From Selaginella moellendorffii (lineage: Eukaryota > Plantae > Lycopodiophyta): 64,000 nucleotides of DNA. Location: the NCBI RefSeq assembly GCF_000143415.4, contig NW_003314320.1:1191231-1255230 (forward strand), written 5' to 3'. Under the pieces are notes generated by a model. The model did no database searches. It saw nothing but the letters and a program-made list of their open reading frames with translations, and had not been told where the DNA came from. A program made the position numbers and the translations under genes. Within the stretch, counting starts at the first letter, position 1. Each line of letters starts with the position of its first letter. Below, in pieces: positions 1-13,211 of this stretch.

Positions 1-2301
1 TACTATTTGCTGCTCCAGTTCTTTCGCTGGCGCTCTTGGCGACAATCTATTTGGAGATTAGAATCAAACCAGTCTCCACGACCAAGTAAGTTTTCGCAGC
101 TGGTTTCTCTCGTAGACCATCTCTGGGTTATAATTTTCTAGGAAGAGCCAGCCAGCGATTTCTCTATGGACTTGTCCTTGTCTCGTCGATGGACTGCTGG
201 GTGTAGTCTCTGCTGCCGAAGTTCTTCTTATCGTTGCTTTCGTTGGCTACCTGGTGTGGTGCTTGACGATTTACGTGATCAACGATAGTGATCTCGTCCA
301 ACGATTCATGAAATTTCCTGCCATCCGAGAGAAGTTCCTACCGTAAGCTACGAGTTTTTTATTTCTTTTTTCTGTACTAAAATAATCTTCTTCCAGATGG
401 GAGCTGTGGACGTACGTCATTGGACTCCGGTTTGGATTTCTTGGTCTTTTCTGTCTGGGCTTCTTGCTCCTTCCGGTTGCGAGAGGCTCCCCGTTGCTTC
501 GGCTGGTAGACATCCCTTTTGAGCACGCTGTGAAGTATCACGTCTGGCTCGGACACCTTACGATGGCCATATTTACCATTCACGGTCTTTGCTATGTCGT
601 GGTTTGGACAGTTCAAGGTCGATTGGAAGAGGTAAGCTTTTCAAGTTTCTTTGCTGCGAGATTTTCTCCGTTTCCAGCTTCTAGCATGGCAAAGAATTGG
701 AGTTGCGAACTTGCCAGGGGAGATATCTCTTGTGGCTGGGTTACTTCTCTGGATGACGTCTTTTGGCTACATCCGGCAGGCCTTCTTTGAGCTTTTCTTT
801 TACACACACCAGCTCTACGTGGTGTTTTTCGTCTTCATGGCCTTCCACATTGGCGACTTGTCGTTCTGCATTTCCATGGCGGGTTTCTTTCTATTTATGC
901 TCGACCGGTTTCTGAGATTCTGTCAGTCACGAAGGTCAGTAGATCTGTTAGTATCCAGGGTACTACCATGCGGTACCATTGAGGTTGCGCTCTCGAAACC
1001 TCAAGGTATAAACTCATTATATGTTCTTCCCTTTATTTGTTTATTTTTTGTTTCTGTGCAGATCTCAACTACAATGCTCTCAGCTTTATATTTCTGAGCT
1101 TTCCTAAAATCTCTTTTCTCCAGTGGCATCCCTTTAGCGTTTCATCTAGTCCATATGATGCACGAGACAACATGTCTTTCCTCATCAAACCTCTCGGTTC
1201 CTGGACTGACGAGTTGCAAAAGCTTATCAAGGAGTCTACGAACAAAAGAAATGCCTGCCCGGTGCTTGGTGTCGAAGGTCCATATGGACACGAGTCTGAC
1301 TACTACCTCAAGTAAGTAATCTAGCTATCTAGCAAAATCATAACGGCTTGAATTTTTAGGTATGAAGCATTGGTCCTGGTAGCCGGCGGAATAGGAGTCT
1401 CACCTTTCATAGCAATCTTAAGAGATATTTTGCACCGTTACAACATGAAGCACGGCAATCTTCCGAAAGAGGTGACGCTTATATGGGCAGTAAAATACTC
1501 CAAGGAACTCGGTATCATCAATTTGGTCCAGCCGGAGTTTATTTTCCCCGACTATGCTTCAAGGCTCAAACTCACTATCCAGGCTTTTGTAACTAGAGAA
1601 ATCCAGCCAGACATCGAGGAAGCTACGCCACTGCCAGAACATATCTTGAGCTTCGCAAAGAAACCAGACAGCAAACCAGTCTCCACTCTGGTTGGAACTT
1701 ACAGCAACCTTTGGATGGGAGTCTACATCGCTGTCTCGACTGCCGGTTTTTTTCTCACTCAAACTATTATGGAGAAGTTTTTCCTTGGACCCATGACGGT
1801 GCCCACCGAGGGAGGTAGCAGTGGCGGCTCTGTCTCGTGGACAGTGAGAGCGGCAGCTCTCCTCTTAAGTATGACGTGCGGAGTCGTAGTATTTGGAGGC
1901 TTGGCCATCGCCTTGTGGAACTGGATCGAACGCTCTCGAAAGGGACGAACGTCCGGTTGCCAGGAAAGTATTATTGGAGCTACCGGTGCCGGGGACAAAG
2001 TGGGAGTGGCAGGCTGTCAGCAGCACAGTCTCGTTGGGCCGTGGAACACCGTCTATGGAAACCGGCCTGAGCTTAAAGGTACGCCCGTTTCAACCTGGTT
2101 TACTTGGTTGCACTGATTCTAGTCATGCCACTTCCAGAAATCTTTGCCGGTTTCGCGAAGAAGTGGTCGGGGATCAACGTGGGGGTTCTCGTGTGTGGGC
2201 CTTCCACTCTCCAGACAAGCGTTGCGGAAGAATGCAGAGCAAACAACCTTAAGTTTGGATCCGTGGCTTTCCATTACCATTCCGTAAGCTTTGATCTTTA
2301 G
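1..2301 (+). CDS. FRO: Ferric reduction oxidase (FRO6/FRO7-like), 5' end outside window
   Basis: Heme-His motifs ([23 protein letters not shown]), FAD motif [24 protein letters not shown] motif [18 protein letters not shown]-terminus [14 protein letters not shown] introns at 86-141, 343-396, 632-677, 1006-1061, 1312-1359 and 2079-2137. Confidence 0.93.
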
Positions 2302-2537
2302 AGATATGATCAGTGAGCTTGAAAAAGCTCACTTGAATCATCAAAGAGCACTGGTGATCTTTACAGCTATGTATATATTTTGTAACTATGTTCTAGAGGA
2401 AAAACTATAAATGTGAAGTAAGTAGATCGTGAGTAAAATTTCAGTGTGTTTTAAGTTCTTCCAATGAGAAAAGTCAATGAACGTCAACGAAGACTCTCAC
2501 TGACTCTACGCTTCCATACATCTCACGCCTGTATCGT

Positions 2538-3011
2538 TTATGAAAGACAGATAGCACAGCCCCTCCTCACACGACCAATGAACTTGATCTCCACCTCACT
2601 TCTGGCCACTTTCCTGACCATGACGTTGATATCTTGCATATTGCCATGAGTGCCACCAAAGCACCAACTGCATTCAAGAACCTGGGGATGTCTGGGTTGT
2701 CTAGCATGTGAAGCACCTTCCAGCCATCGCCCAAGTACTCGATGCACACTTCCAGCCACCTCCTGGGATTCGAGTCACTGGCCTCAGAAGCCAGGGTGCA
2801 TATCCAGCATCGGCCCATACACGATGAACAGCTTTGCTGTAGTGTCCTTCTTGACCACCGTGTTGGCCTCACAAAGCAAGTAGACGAGCATGTCTCCTAG
2901 GAGTCGAGCTCCCGATATGGAGCGGATATGGTGTCCTGTGGGACTTGTTGAGCACTGTAGAACTCTCCCAGCATTGTCTTCATGGCTAGGAACAAACTTG
3001 CTAAAACCCAT
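2538..3011 (-). pseudogene. Frameshifted remnant of an unidentified coding sequence
   Basis: Three overlapping minus-strand ORF pieces (2784-3011, 2567-2872, 2538-2759) read as one protein-like sequence when joined by frameshifts. GC content is higher than the flanks. No family recognised. Confidence 0.25.
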
Positions 3012-3059
3012 GTATGCAATGAAAACTAGTTCATCAACTGCTGCAGCAAAGCAAGATTA

Positions 3060-4168
3060 ATAGCGTGTTGGTAGATCTATAAAAGCAATACAAGTGTTTA
3101 TTTGGGATGAAATTAATATGGTTCATACACTTGCTTTTTAAATTATCTAATCATTACTTAAAAGACTTAAAACAGAATAATTCTTCATGCGGTGGCATTA
3201 TTATTGTTATAAGTGGTGACTTCTGTAAAACATTACCAATTGTCCCACATAGTCACCAAGCATAAATTATTTTCACATCTGTAAGAATGAATAATCTATG
3301 GAATCTATTTAGAAAGTTTCAATTGCAAACAAATATGTGGCTTGGCCCAAGTTCCTAGACTAAGTAGAATGGCTGTTGAAAGTCAATGATGAAAATAATT
3401 TTACACAAAACTCTATTTTACCACTTGATTCTATCCTTTTTCCTTTAGAACTAATTAGAACTACCTCTATTATTGATTTTGTATTCCCATGCATCAAAGA
3501 CATTTCAAATGTTCAAATTATAGCAAATAAAACCATTTTAACACATATTAATGATGATACATTTCCAATTAATAACAACATCATCTCTCAAATACCAAAT
3601 CCACCTCAAATTTACACTAGTATTGACTCCATTGATGTTGAACATCTTGAAGATTTCCCAATTGAATTTCTAAGTTTTATTACTCCCTTTGGACTACCAC
3701 TACACAAATTGATACTAAAAAATGGTTGTATAGTTATTCTTCTGAGAAACATGTCTGCAATAATTGGATTATGCAGACTGATGGTCAAAAGAACTTCACC
3801 TAAAGTTTTGGACTGTGAAATAATTATAGGTGAATGAATTTAAAGGTACTAAAACTTTTATCCCACACATTAACTTAACACCCTTTGATTCAGATGTTCA
3901 ATTTCATATATCTCGAAAACAATTTCCTCTTTGTCTTGGATACTACTTGACAATTTCAAAATGCCAAGATTAAACATTTAATCGTATGGGCATCTACTTA
4001 CCCCAGCCAGTCTTTACCCATGGGCAACTCTACGTTGCACTCTCAAGATACACATCACTACAACAACTTGCAATTCAAGTTGACACAACTCATACACAAA
4101 GCCACTTAATTCCATTCAATTCATCAACATTCACTATCAATACTGTATACAAAGAAGCTTTATATTAA
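3060..4168 (+). mobile_element. Decayed Helitron PIF1-helicase C-terminal remnant
   Basis: FIWDEI (Walker B-like), ISGDFxxTLP, FPIEFLSFITPFGLPLHKLILKNGCIVILLRN, QFPLCLGYYLTISKCQ, GIYLPQPVFTHGQLYVALSR, NTVYKEALY*. Many stops and frameshifts. Confidence 0.88.
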
Positions 4169-4559
4169 TTAACTCCTCTTCTACTACACTTTAAAACATA
4201 AAAAACAAACTATAATAAACTTTGTTTATTTTGTAACTTTCCCTATGGCCTAATGGATAGCAATGGGCCAGCAATGCCTGATGCTAGAGATGGAGGCCCA
4301 GGAGCTTGCACCACTAGAGCATAGGGATCTTTATGGTACATAATGTATGTATGATAGCTTAGGCCATTGAGGAATGATCTACTTCCTTGCACACTAGATT
4401 GACACTAGATTCTCAGACTCAACACAAATGTGTGTGCCCATGCTGAGTATACAAATAGTGGGGAGATGAAGGACCTCTCCCCGGCAAAAGTCAACATCTC
4501 TCTAGCTAGATGATCTCACACAACAGTAGATCCTATATCTAGGGTCTTATCCATTTCCT

Positions 4560-6965
4560 TTTACACATGTCTTATCTTGTTTAATGGTTTTCCCCACGAG
4601 GGTTTGGATAAGTCCATTGTTGTTGTCCTTACAATCCTATCTAGCAACTCTTACTAGCTAAAGTTGTTGGATCCCAGGCCCAGGCTAGGGTTGGTAGCCA
4701 TGGTTATGGGAAAAATCACATTGATTTTTGGATAGCCAATCAATAATGAGCATGTTGGCTAGAAGAGAAGAAGCTCATTGGGTGTTGTGGGTGCAAGCCA
4801 TGGATTAGAGAAGATATGTGTTGGTCCAAGAATCACATTGCACCTAGGACAGGAGAAATTTGCCCATTGCCCTGAATCCATTCCCAACAACATGTACTCT
4901 TAGCATCGTTAAGCAGTGATGAAGGATGATTGTGCCGAGAATTGTCACTAGGCTCACGCCACATAAAGTTTAGGGTTGCCCACAATCATTTGGAATCGAC
5001 ACTTCTATGGCTGTTGCATCACAGCCTAATGCTTCTACTTCTGGTTGACCAGCACTAGAATTACTCCAAAGCTTCCAGGATCTAGACCAAGAAAGTAAGT
5101 CAAGTGTTGACATTGAGTGTTTTTTCATGCAGTTTCAGTGTGACAATCAGGAAGAAGAAACTTTATGCCAGTCATAGGTGTCAGTAGCTGGAATGCAAGT
5201 GTCTTGATGGGCTGGCCATACAATCAATAACGACAGCCACTAATTTGGCCTTAAACCATAGCAATCTAGCCTTTTGTGTGCTGTGGACATTTGAGATGTG
5301 TTCGTTTAGGTTTGTGGATGCTATTGAATGGTAGAGTTGGAGCTAGAGCTAGCCTTCAATGCAGCTAGAACCATCAGAGAGTTTGCAATTCCTGTTCTTC
5401 TGTGTGAGAGAACAAGCCCAAAGTGAGTTCTTGAAGCCATAGTGTTGCGAATGTGACTTCGGGTATCGAAAATTATCTGTCGGATAGTCCTTTCGGATAT
5501 TCTTTCCTTACTGCCACAACGGCAGGAGGTTGGTATTGTTGGACCCATTATCAGTCTCTGCCTAAGTTAGTTGAGAAACTGGTTATCACATGTGCACTTA
5601 GATCGGAAGAGCACTAAGGAAGGAAATCCTATGTAGTCAAGCATATTTGGTATGGTGATAAGAAACTTATGTTGTTGACTTGCACTTGCTAGTGTTGGGA
5701 ACCCCTGTGATATTGAGATTGGTCCGTCAATATTCGCTAAATGATAGCTTACCGTGTTTGCTAAACACCCTCACTATCATACCCTTTGTGTTGGTCTCAT
5801 TTCAGTCTCAAATGTTATTTATGGAAAATGTCCAGATTTGTTCATTTGGCATATCTATGGAATGTAAAAATTGTTATGAACACAATGGTGTTCATCCCGT
5901 GCCTAAATTTGTAATTTAGGGACATTCCATATTTAGTAAATTTTGAGCTTGTCCCAGAAACTAACTCCTGATACTAAGGGAGACTTGGGGTGAAAGCCAA
6001 AAGTGTGTGTTCCTTAAGGGGGGGAGGGGGGGCATTGTAAGGGGTTCCAAATATATAGTAGGGATAGTGGGTAGTTCGGGCATGGCCGACCAACCTGAAG
6101 CATAGTCTAGCTCCCGCTTATATGCCTGTTCTTGTTTTACGTCCAGCTTGAGTCTAAGCCCAAGTTTTATTCCATGCTAGCTGATGGAGTACCCATGTCC
6201 TTGCGTTAGGCCACTGGTATACTAAAATAGTGCTAGACTCTATTAGGCTCTGTTTTGCGCATTAGTCCTGGCAATGGGATGCTAATTGCTCTAGGACTGT
6301 TCCAAGTTGCTTTGGGCTTCTGTCCCTTCGCTCCTTGGGTTGTATGCTTGGGAGTTGCTCCCTAGTCTGGTTCCGTCACTCCTTGGCTCCATGCTTGGGG
6401 GTTTGGCATTGTTCCTTGGCCCAAGGCCTTGAACCTCGGGTTCCACACCACTGTCCTATGGATATGTGGCATATGACATGTGGCATATAAAGGGTTTAGG
6501 TTTCACTTCGTAGTGTTATCCTATGGTAAATCACCATAAGATAAAGGGTAAAAACCACGTGCGCTACACATAGCTAGCAAACCTCATCCACCTCTCATGG
6601 CCCAAGTGTTATTGTATTCTCCAAAACTTTATCAAGCTTCCCATTGAGCTCCTTGCCTTCTTCTCCAACTGCTAGCCCTTGAAGTAGCTTGCATCGTCTG
6701 TTACACAGCCACCTTCCTTGATCCTCTACCCTATTCAGAAACTCAAGAGCTAGATCTTCCTGCCCACTCTCTACATTCAGAGTGTTCCAAGAGACAAGCG
6801 CGATCAGCTCAAGTTGTTGATCATCAAACCGGGCTCACTTGTGTTTCTGCAGTGCTAGTGGTGGTCAAGACACAATGGAAAGCATAGGAGGCTTTTTGAG
6901 TGCTCAACACGGCCTGGAAAAGGTGTGCCAATCCTCTGTCTATGTTTTGTTGCTTGCTAGATTAG
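4560..6965 (+). repeat. Dispersed repeat, collinear inverted homolog of ~13500-14150
   Basis: Blocks 4670-4745, 5233-5435, 6576-6620 and 6878-6965 match, in order, the reverse complement of ~13995-14075, 13638-13793, 13591-13636 and 13503-13590. Confidence 0.75.
5443..6568 (+). mobile_element. TG...CA-bounded LTR-retroelement-derived insertion with 5-bp TSD
   Basis: Begins TGTTGCG and ends CGCTACA, flanked by CATAG at 5438-5442 and 6569-6573. It is absent from the inverted homolog near 13637. An internal polypurine tract (6018-6032) is followed by TGTAA at 6036. Confidence 0.7.
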
Positions 6966-7318
6966 TGTTGATCAAATAACTGGCTTTCTTGAGCAAAGTG
7001 GAATAAGAATGTATTTTTAAACCTGAATCTAAAATTAAGCACATTATTGAAACTTAAAGTTAAAACTAAGTCTAAGGCTATAAATGTATTCTCAAATTTT
7101 TGATTTTCTGTTTTTCTCCTCATTAATTATTATATTGAATCCTACTCATTACACAAACCTAAATACAGAAATGTTAGCAATTTGATTAATAACCCCCTTT
7201 CCTTGGATGATATGAACTTATAACTAAACTTAAACATACAAACAAAGAATTATAAAGTAGATTATTTTGATCCTTTATTAATTATTCATTTTTATTTTAG
7301 ATTAATTCTTTTTTTAAC

Positions 7319-7738
7319 TTAAAGTTTTCTATGAAGACCACCTCCTCCAAGAAGTCCAGCACCACCAGCACCAGCACCAACATCATCAGTGCCACCACCA
7401 GCACCACCAGCACCACCAGCACCAGCAGCACCAGCACCACCACCACCACCAGCACCACCACCAGCACCAACACCAGCACCAGCACCAGCACCAGCACCAG
7501 CACCAGCACCACCACCAGTGCCACCACCAGCACCACCATCACCAACAGCACCCCCATCATTACCAGGACATAAATTTGTATCCATATCAGGATCATCTTT
7601 ACAAATGCCATCAAAACAAGCAATATCCCCTTTACACTCATTATGACTTGAACAAGATTCACCACATGTTTTAAGTCTTGCTTCTATAGCTAGAATTAAA
7701 CTTATAAATGCAAAGAATAAAACATAACTGTAAGCCAT
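7319..7738 (-). CDS. Secreted kissper-domain (kiwellin N-terminal) cysteine-rich protein with Gly/Ala-rich tail
   Basis: Hydrophobic signal peptide, then CGESCSSHNECKGDIACFDGICKDDPDMDTNLC (C-x3-C-x5-C-x5-C-x4-C-x10-C with CxDDP, as in the kiwifruit kissper peptide), then ~75 aa of GA/GG repeats. Intact intronless ORF. Confidence 0.8.
   Translation of the reverse strand: MAYSYVLFFAFISLILAIEARLKTCGESCSSHNECKGDIACFDGICKDDPDMDTNLCPGNDGGAVGDGGAGGGTGGGAGAGAGAGAGAGVGAGGGAGGGGGAGAAGAGGAGGAGGGTDDVGAGAGGAGLLGGGGLHRKL
7355..7560. repeat. (CCAGCA)n/(CCA)n low-complexity coding repeat
   Basis: Direct inspection. Encodes the GAGAGA/GGG tail on the minus strand. Confidence 0.9.
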
Positions 7739-8902
7739 ATTTAATCAAGAGAAAATTTCAGATTGTGTTATGAATCAAAACATCCTTCTTTTATACTACA
7801 ACTAATTGTTAGTCCTCTTTACATTTCCTTAATATTATGTTGACACTTGGCTTCTAATAGAACTTTTGAATAGCTTCATGGCATGTGCCTTAAAATAGAA
7901 GTTTATAATTCTCTAATATATAAAATACAGCTGGATAAACACCAAATGGCTCATTATTATAATATAATATTAGAAATATAAAACCTTTAGTATTACATGG
8001 CATAATGTCATGCCTGGTCTACCCAAAGATGGATCACTTTAGCCCTACCAGTCCATGGAGTGCACTCTCGAGTCTGATGGTCTCCAGCGATCCACAACAA
8101 GGGCAAGGAGCTATGGGAGATCAATGTGGACAAGCACGGCTACTGCCACAGTGTCTACTAGGTCCATAGCAATGTGTACCATATGAGAACTCTCATTACC
8201 AATTTCTTGGAAGGTGAGTGATAGAAAAATTTTCATGGTATTATTGACCAATGGAGATAGAATCTTCTTTAGATCAATGCCTAGATATTGTTTGTTACCC
8301 TTTATTTTATAACTTTTAAATACACCTGACCACCAACAGCCAGATGTTTTGAAAAATACTTAAATTTATCTTGCTGCAGAGCTTTGCCTAATCCAGTTGA
8401 TAGATTTGTGGCAGCGGTGAGGAAGGCGTTGATGAGCTGAGCGCCAAGCGAATAGGATCCTAGAAGATTGCTTCTAGGGTTTCATCATCCGCCTTTGCTA
8501 GATGAGGAGCTGTGTCTTTTGTCCAATCGTTGTCCTGTTCCTACATTCCATACAAGCATTGTCTTCGGGCAAGTTGCATTCTTCCATTTTGAACACAAAG
8601 AGCCCAAAGAATACTTCCAAGTCCATCTTTGGTGCAGGTGTTGCTACTTGCTCCACAACCTGCTAGAGAGGTTCCTCCTAGGATGAGCCAGAAACCATTA
8701 TACTAAAGCAATAGGATGAAAATTGTACCTCTGCCATTAGTAGCTCAATAGCATGTTACCATAACCAAAATGGCACACTGCCCAATGCACACCACTCAGT
8801 GCCAGCTTTCTTGTGGTGTGCACCTGCTCAAAACTGCAAGTCAAAGGTGTAGCTTTGTGGAATCATGGTTGGATTTGGAATTATGTCATGTATTTGTCAG
8901 TC

Positions 8903-11900
8903 TACTTAAGAATTTCAGCCTAGACTATATTCATAGTGTAAAAGTGTTGACCATATGGTATAAGATTGCCTTGAAGGGGGGTTGCAAGCATTTGAACACA
9001 AAGTTGTTCAGGTGATCTACACCTTGAAAGAGTAACATAAAGTTGACCATGTGTGAAAATGCGTTGGGGGAGGTAAATGCCAACAGGGTCGAAAGTTTGG
9101 CCTTGGGCTTTAGAAATAGTTAAGCAGTAACCTAGACAAATTGGGAATTGTCTTCGGGACATCTTAAAAGGGATTTTAACATCAAAAGATGTCAGGGTAA
9201 TATGTGGAATAAAAACTCACAATCCCTTGAATTGTCTTGTGATAATTTCACAATCTAAAATGTTTTGAAATGCTTGCTTGAGAATGAGGTGAGTGCCATT
9301 GCATAAACCAATTTGTGGAGATATATTTCTAAGAAGAATCAAAATCACATTTTGTTTTAGAATTAATTTGTGTGGTGGGGTGATTGAATTTAAAAATTTA
9401 ATTGGGAACTCTTCAGGGTAATCTAAGTCAACTGTGTTAATGCTCAAGTAAACATATGGAGCACCTGATAGTCTTTCAACAATGTCATTATTTATTTTGA
9501 ATGTGTCATCATTGAGTGGGGTGAGAATAACCTTTGATGCAGCTGTGTAAGTCTTTATAATGTCATTTGTATTTGGGAAAACAAAGTTTACAATAGGTGT
9601 AGAGATAGATAGTGCATATTGTATTTTAATAATATTTAGTGGGAGACATGGCAACTACAAACTACTATCACTATTGTCAAGTTTGACAAGCCATTCAGAA
9701 AAACAAAGATTGGTTGAATGCATGTTTTTTATTAGTGTTAGTGTTATAAAGAGTGACTATAGTTTATTCATTTTAACTAAGTTTGAAATAATAAAAATTT
9801 GATAGCCATAGGGAACAAAAAAAAGAGTTTGACGAAAGTCACCACTTGTAATCACTATAACACCTTCAAATGATTTAGAATTACATTTGAGATGCTTTAA
9901 ACATTTATCAACTATAAAAAAAGCATGTGTATGGACCATATTAATTTCCTCTTATATAAGAACATTTTCTTATTTAATGGTTTTTCTAGCAACACATTAA
10001 TTGTTAAAGCAGAGATAGAAGTTTCATTTAAAGGAACAGGAAGTTTAAAAGTTGTATGTGCTATTTGACCATATTTTAGCAAAATACTTGCAATCCCAAT
10101 CCATGCCATATTGATTACTTTTTATTTTTTTAATTGTCATACTATAATGATGGTATTAAGTAGAATTTATTTCCCAGTACCACCAGGTTCATCAATAAAG
10201 AAACATTGATGCTGGTTAGTGTCAATGGCATTCATAATAAACTCAAAAATATAACATTGTTCATAACTAAATCTATTTATTTTGCATTAATTTGGTTTTG
10301 TAATGGATCAGGGATCTGTGTATTAAGCATGTGTTTGATAATGGGAGTAAGAGTTGAAAGTGGCAAACCAAAATCACAATCAAATTTATTATGTAGTTGG
10401 AATTTTGAGTTAATATTAAGTAAAATAATATCAAAATAGTTTATATCATTTCTAGCATAATCCTTAGACATATCAATTTTGAATTGACCCCATAATAAAT
10501 TTGGATCTTTTGGTGAACAATACAAATAAATAAAAACAAATAACTGTCTTAATTGGGATGGCATCTTAAAAGTAGAAACTTCATATATGCAATGTTGCCA
10601 TTTGCTAAAAGTCCCATTGCCATAACTACTTGTTTAAAAGAAGATAAAATAACACTTTCAACAATACATATATCCTCAAATGATATAACACCTTTTTTAT
10701 GGACCAATATAAGCCATAAGTGGTATAACTCACTATTAAAAGGAGATATGAAATACATTCCTAGTATGAGTTTAGCTTTTTATTGACATAATTGCCATTT
10801 ATGAAAGGATTTATTATATGTGTAGTGTAATGGAATTTGAGCATATATGTATTAGTATCTTGCATGTTTAAATTAAACCATTGTGTAAGCATTGTTCCAT
10901 TTTGAGTGGCTCTTTCTAGTGTTTCTTATTTATGACCTGGTATGAAATAGATGTTTTGAAAATTAGGTAAATGAATTGGAAGACATATAATAGTTAGTGA
11001 TTTATTATGCATATGAAACTTAAATATACGCCACATAGCTTCAGAAGCAGAAATATATCAAGTATAGATAAAACTTGAGATTTTGTCCCAATTTAAAGTT
11101 CCTCATTCTTCAGGTGCAATTAGAAATTCTAATGTTGCATAGTCATAACCTTTGTATACATATTGAAATAAATATTTAATAGTTTTAATAGAAGTGCACA
11201 TCTTTATATTGATATGTGCTTTATATTTCTTATAAAGGTATTTATTATAAGAAATAACCCATCTATTGTCAATAGTATAATCATTTTTATAAAAGTCCAT
11301 GTGTTATTGGGTCGGTAGTAATCAGAATAACCATCAACACAATAAATAATTTCAATATTAAATTCTTTTGGATAATTTTTAGAGTATTTATTATTTTCTA
11401 TGCAAGGGCTTCCCACATAGACCATGTATCATATGATTTATAATTATGTTATGCAATTTTGGTTTTAGTAGTGTGACAACTATGCAATTACAAATTCATT
11501 AACCAAGTTATAGTTTTTTATCTTGCCTTTGCTTGATAACATTGCTAAGAAATGATAATGAGGTAAACCTCTTTTCTGGAATTCAATAACATAAATATAT
11601 GCGATGCACTTCCCAAAAATTCCTTTGATACTTATATCATATAGGAATTCTTTTAGTTTTAAGTTGAAAACTCTTGAAATAAAATCAAGTCAATTCTCAA
11701 ATAATTCATTCAACTGTAAGTTTTACACAACTTCAAGCCCTTTTGGGTTACATATAAATGTAATAAATAAGTCAGGTTTTCCAAAATGTGTGACAATAGC
11801 AATAACATCTTGATAATATTATTGCATTGCTCATGGGCTACCAAGAAATGTAGAAAGTAAAATTATAACTTTTCCAAATTCAACATTATTAATAGTAACT

Positions 11901-13211
11901 CTGTTGCCAACATAGTCCATAAGACCTATGTAATAATCCAATTTTAAGTGTTTTTTATGAGTGTGAAAGAAATTAAAGTTGTTAAATTCAACCTTTACAT
12001 AAGCATCAACCATAAACTGTTGAGTGAACTTTCCAGCATGTAACAATTGATCATAAAGGAAAGAGTTGCCAATGTTATCTCATTAAAATAATACTAAAGT
12101 AATGTTACATGTGACTCATTGTGGTAGGTTTTTTCATGCCAACCTTTATCACCAAATGGTAAAAGTAAAGGATAAACCATAAAATCATAATTTTCATTAA
12201 GAATAGAAACTTTTTTGGTTGTGAGTTAGATGGATATATGTGTATTTCTCTATCAAAAGATGGCTTACCCTCATCAATAGCGAAAAAAACAGCAACATCA
12301 TTAGTCTATGGCAAGTTATAACAATGTAAATTAGTACCTTCACTTTTAACAATCATGTAAATATTATATTTCGGAGTTCCATTGCAAATTGAGAGATATT
12401 GTTCTTGTGATTCAAAATCATACATCATTTGAAAAACTTGTGCATATGGGTTTATTATTCTTAGCAAGTGATTTAATTGTAATAGCAAATTAGGATCATA
12501 ATTTGTGTGGAATGGGTTTTGCTTTCTAATATTTGTAGCCTCAGATACGTCAAACATGTAAAATACTATTGCTTTAGCATATCCTGCTGCTAAACATGCC
12601 ACCAACATATGGACAACTATCCATATGATGGTGGCATGTTTAGCAACAGGATATACTAAAGCAATATTGTGATAAATTTGATTCTGTATTGTAAAGTGAT
12701 ATGGGCCTTTACCACTTAAATTATTAACATTAGTACCCATTGATGCAAAAGCCAAATCACTATTGAAATTTCTTATGTTAATTTTAAAGTTTGAGTTTTT
12801 ATTTTCATTAAAAAGCATATGCAATATATGGGGAAGGGAAACCTTTCCATTCTTGCAGCATATTAATCTTGACTCGTTTTCAAAATGTAATGCACCATAA
12901 AATACAAATATAAATGACATATTTCCAATATTAAATATATGTATTATATGGTCATTATAATTCTTTTGATATGCTAATTTATAGACAGTATAACTATGAT
13001 GATTGCATGCATTTATATTAGTTTCATTAGCATTTTTAAGGTCTATATTTGTATAATCTTCATTAGTATGTGCTATGTTTATATTAGCATTGTCAAGATC
13101 TGAAGTAATTTTTGCATTAGCATGTTCAAAGTCTAGATTAGTTTCTTCATTAACACATGCAAGGTTGTTGTGAGTGTGAATATATGTGCTAGTGTCAATA
13201 GTTGGAAGCAA
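8903..13211 (-). mobile_element. Decayed autonomous-type Helitron (Rep HUH + PIF1 helicase)
   Basis: CCKNGKVSLP and NIRNFNSDLAFASMG; GKFTQQFMVDAYVKVE; HUH motif YIYVIEFQKRGLPHYHF (~11550-11600); IDNRWVISYNKYL..AHINI; Walker A FIDEPGGTGK (~10170-10200); GDFRQTL; LCNGT; QFPICLGYCLTISKAQGQT; HGQLYVTLSR. Numerous stops. Confidence 0.93.

Noticed and set aside
4266-4287. Possible Helitron 3' hairpin + CTAG
   Set aside because: The hairpin is poor and CTAG is followed by A rather than T, so it is not supportable.
6036-6705. Apparent LTR bounded by TGTAA...TTACA
   Set aside because: 6576-6620 belongs to the host repeat (matches 13591-13636), and the CATAG TSD places the insertion end at 6568.
7297-7665. 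Poly-Val/Leu, poly-Thr/Ser and poly-Pro/Ala ORFs (extensin/mucin-like)
   Set aside because: Alternative frames and strands of the (CCAGCA)n repeat. Only 7319-7738 has a signal peptide and a recognisable Cys module.
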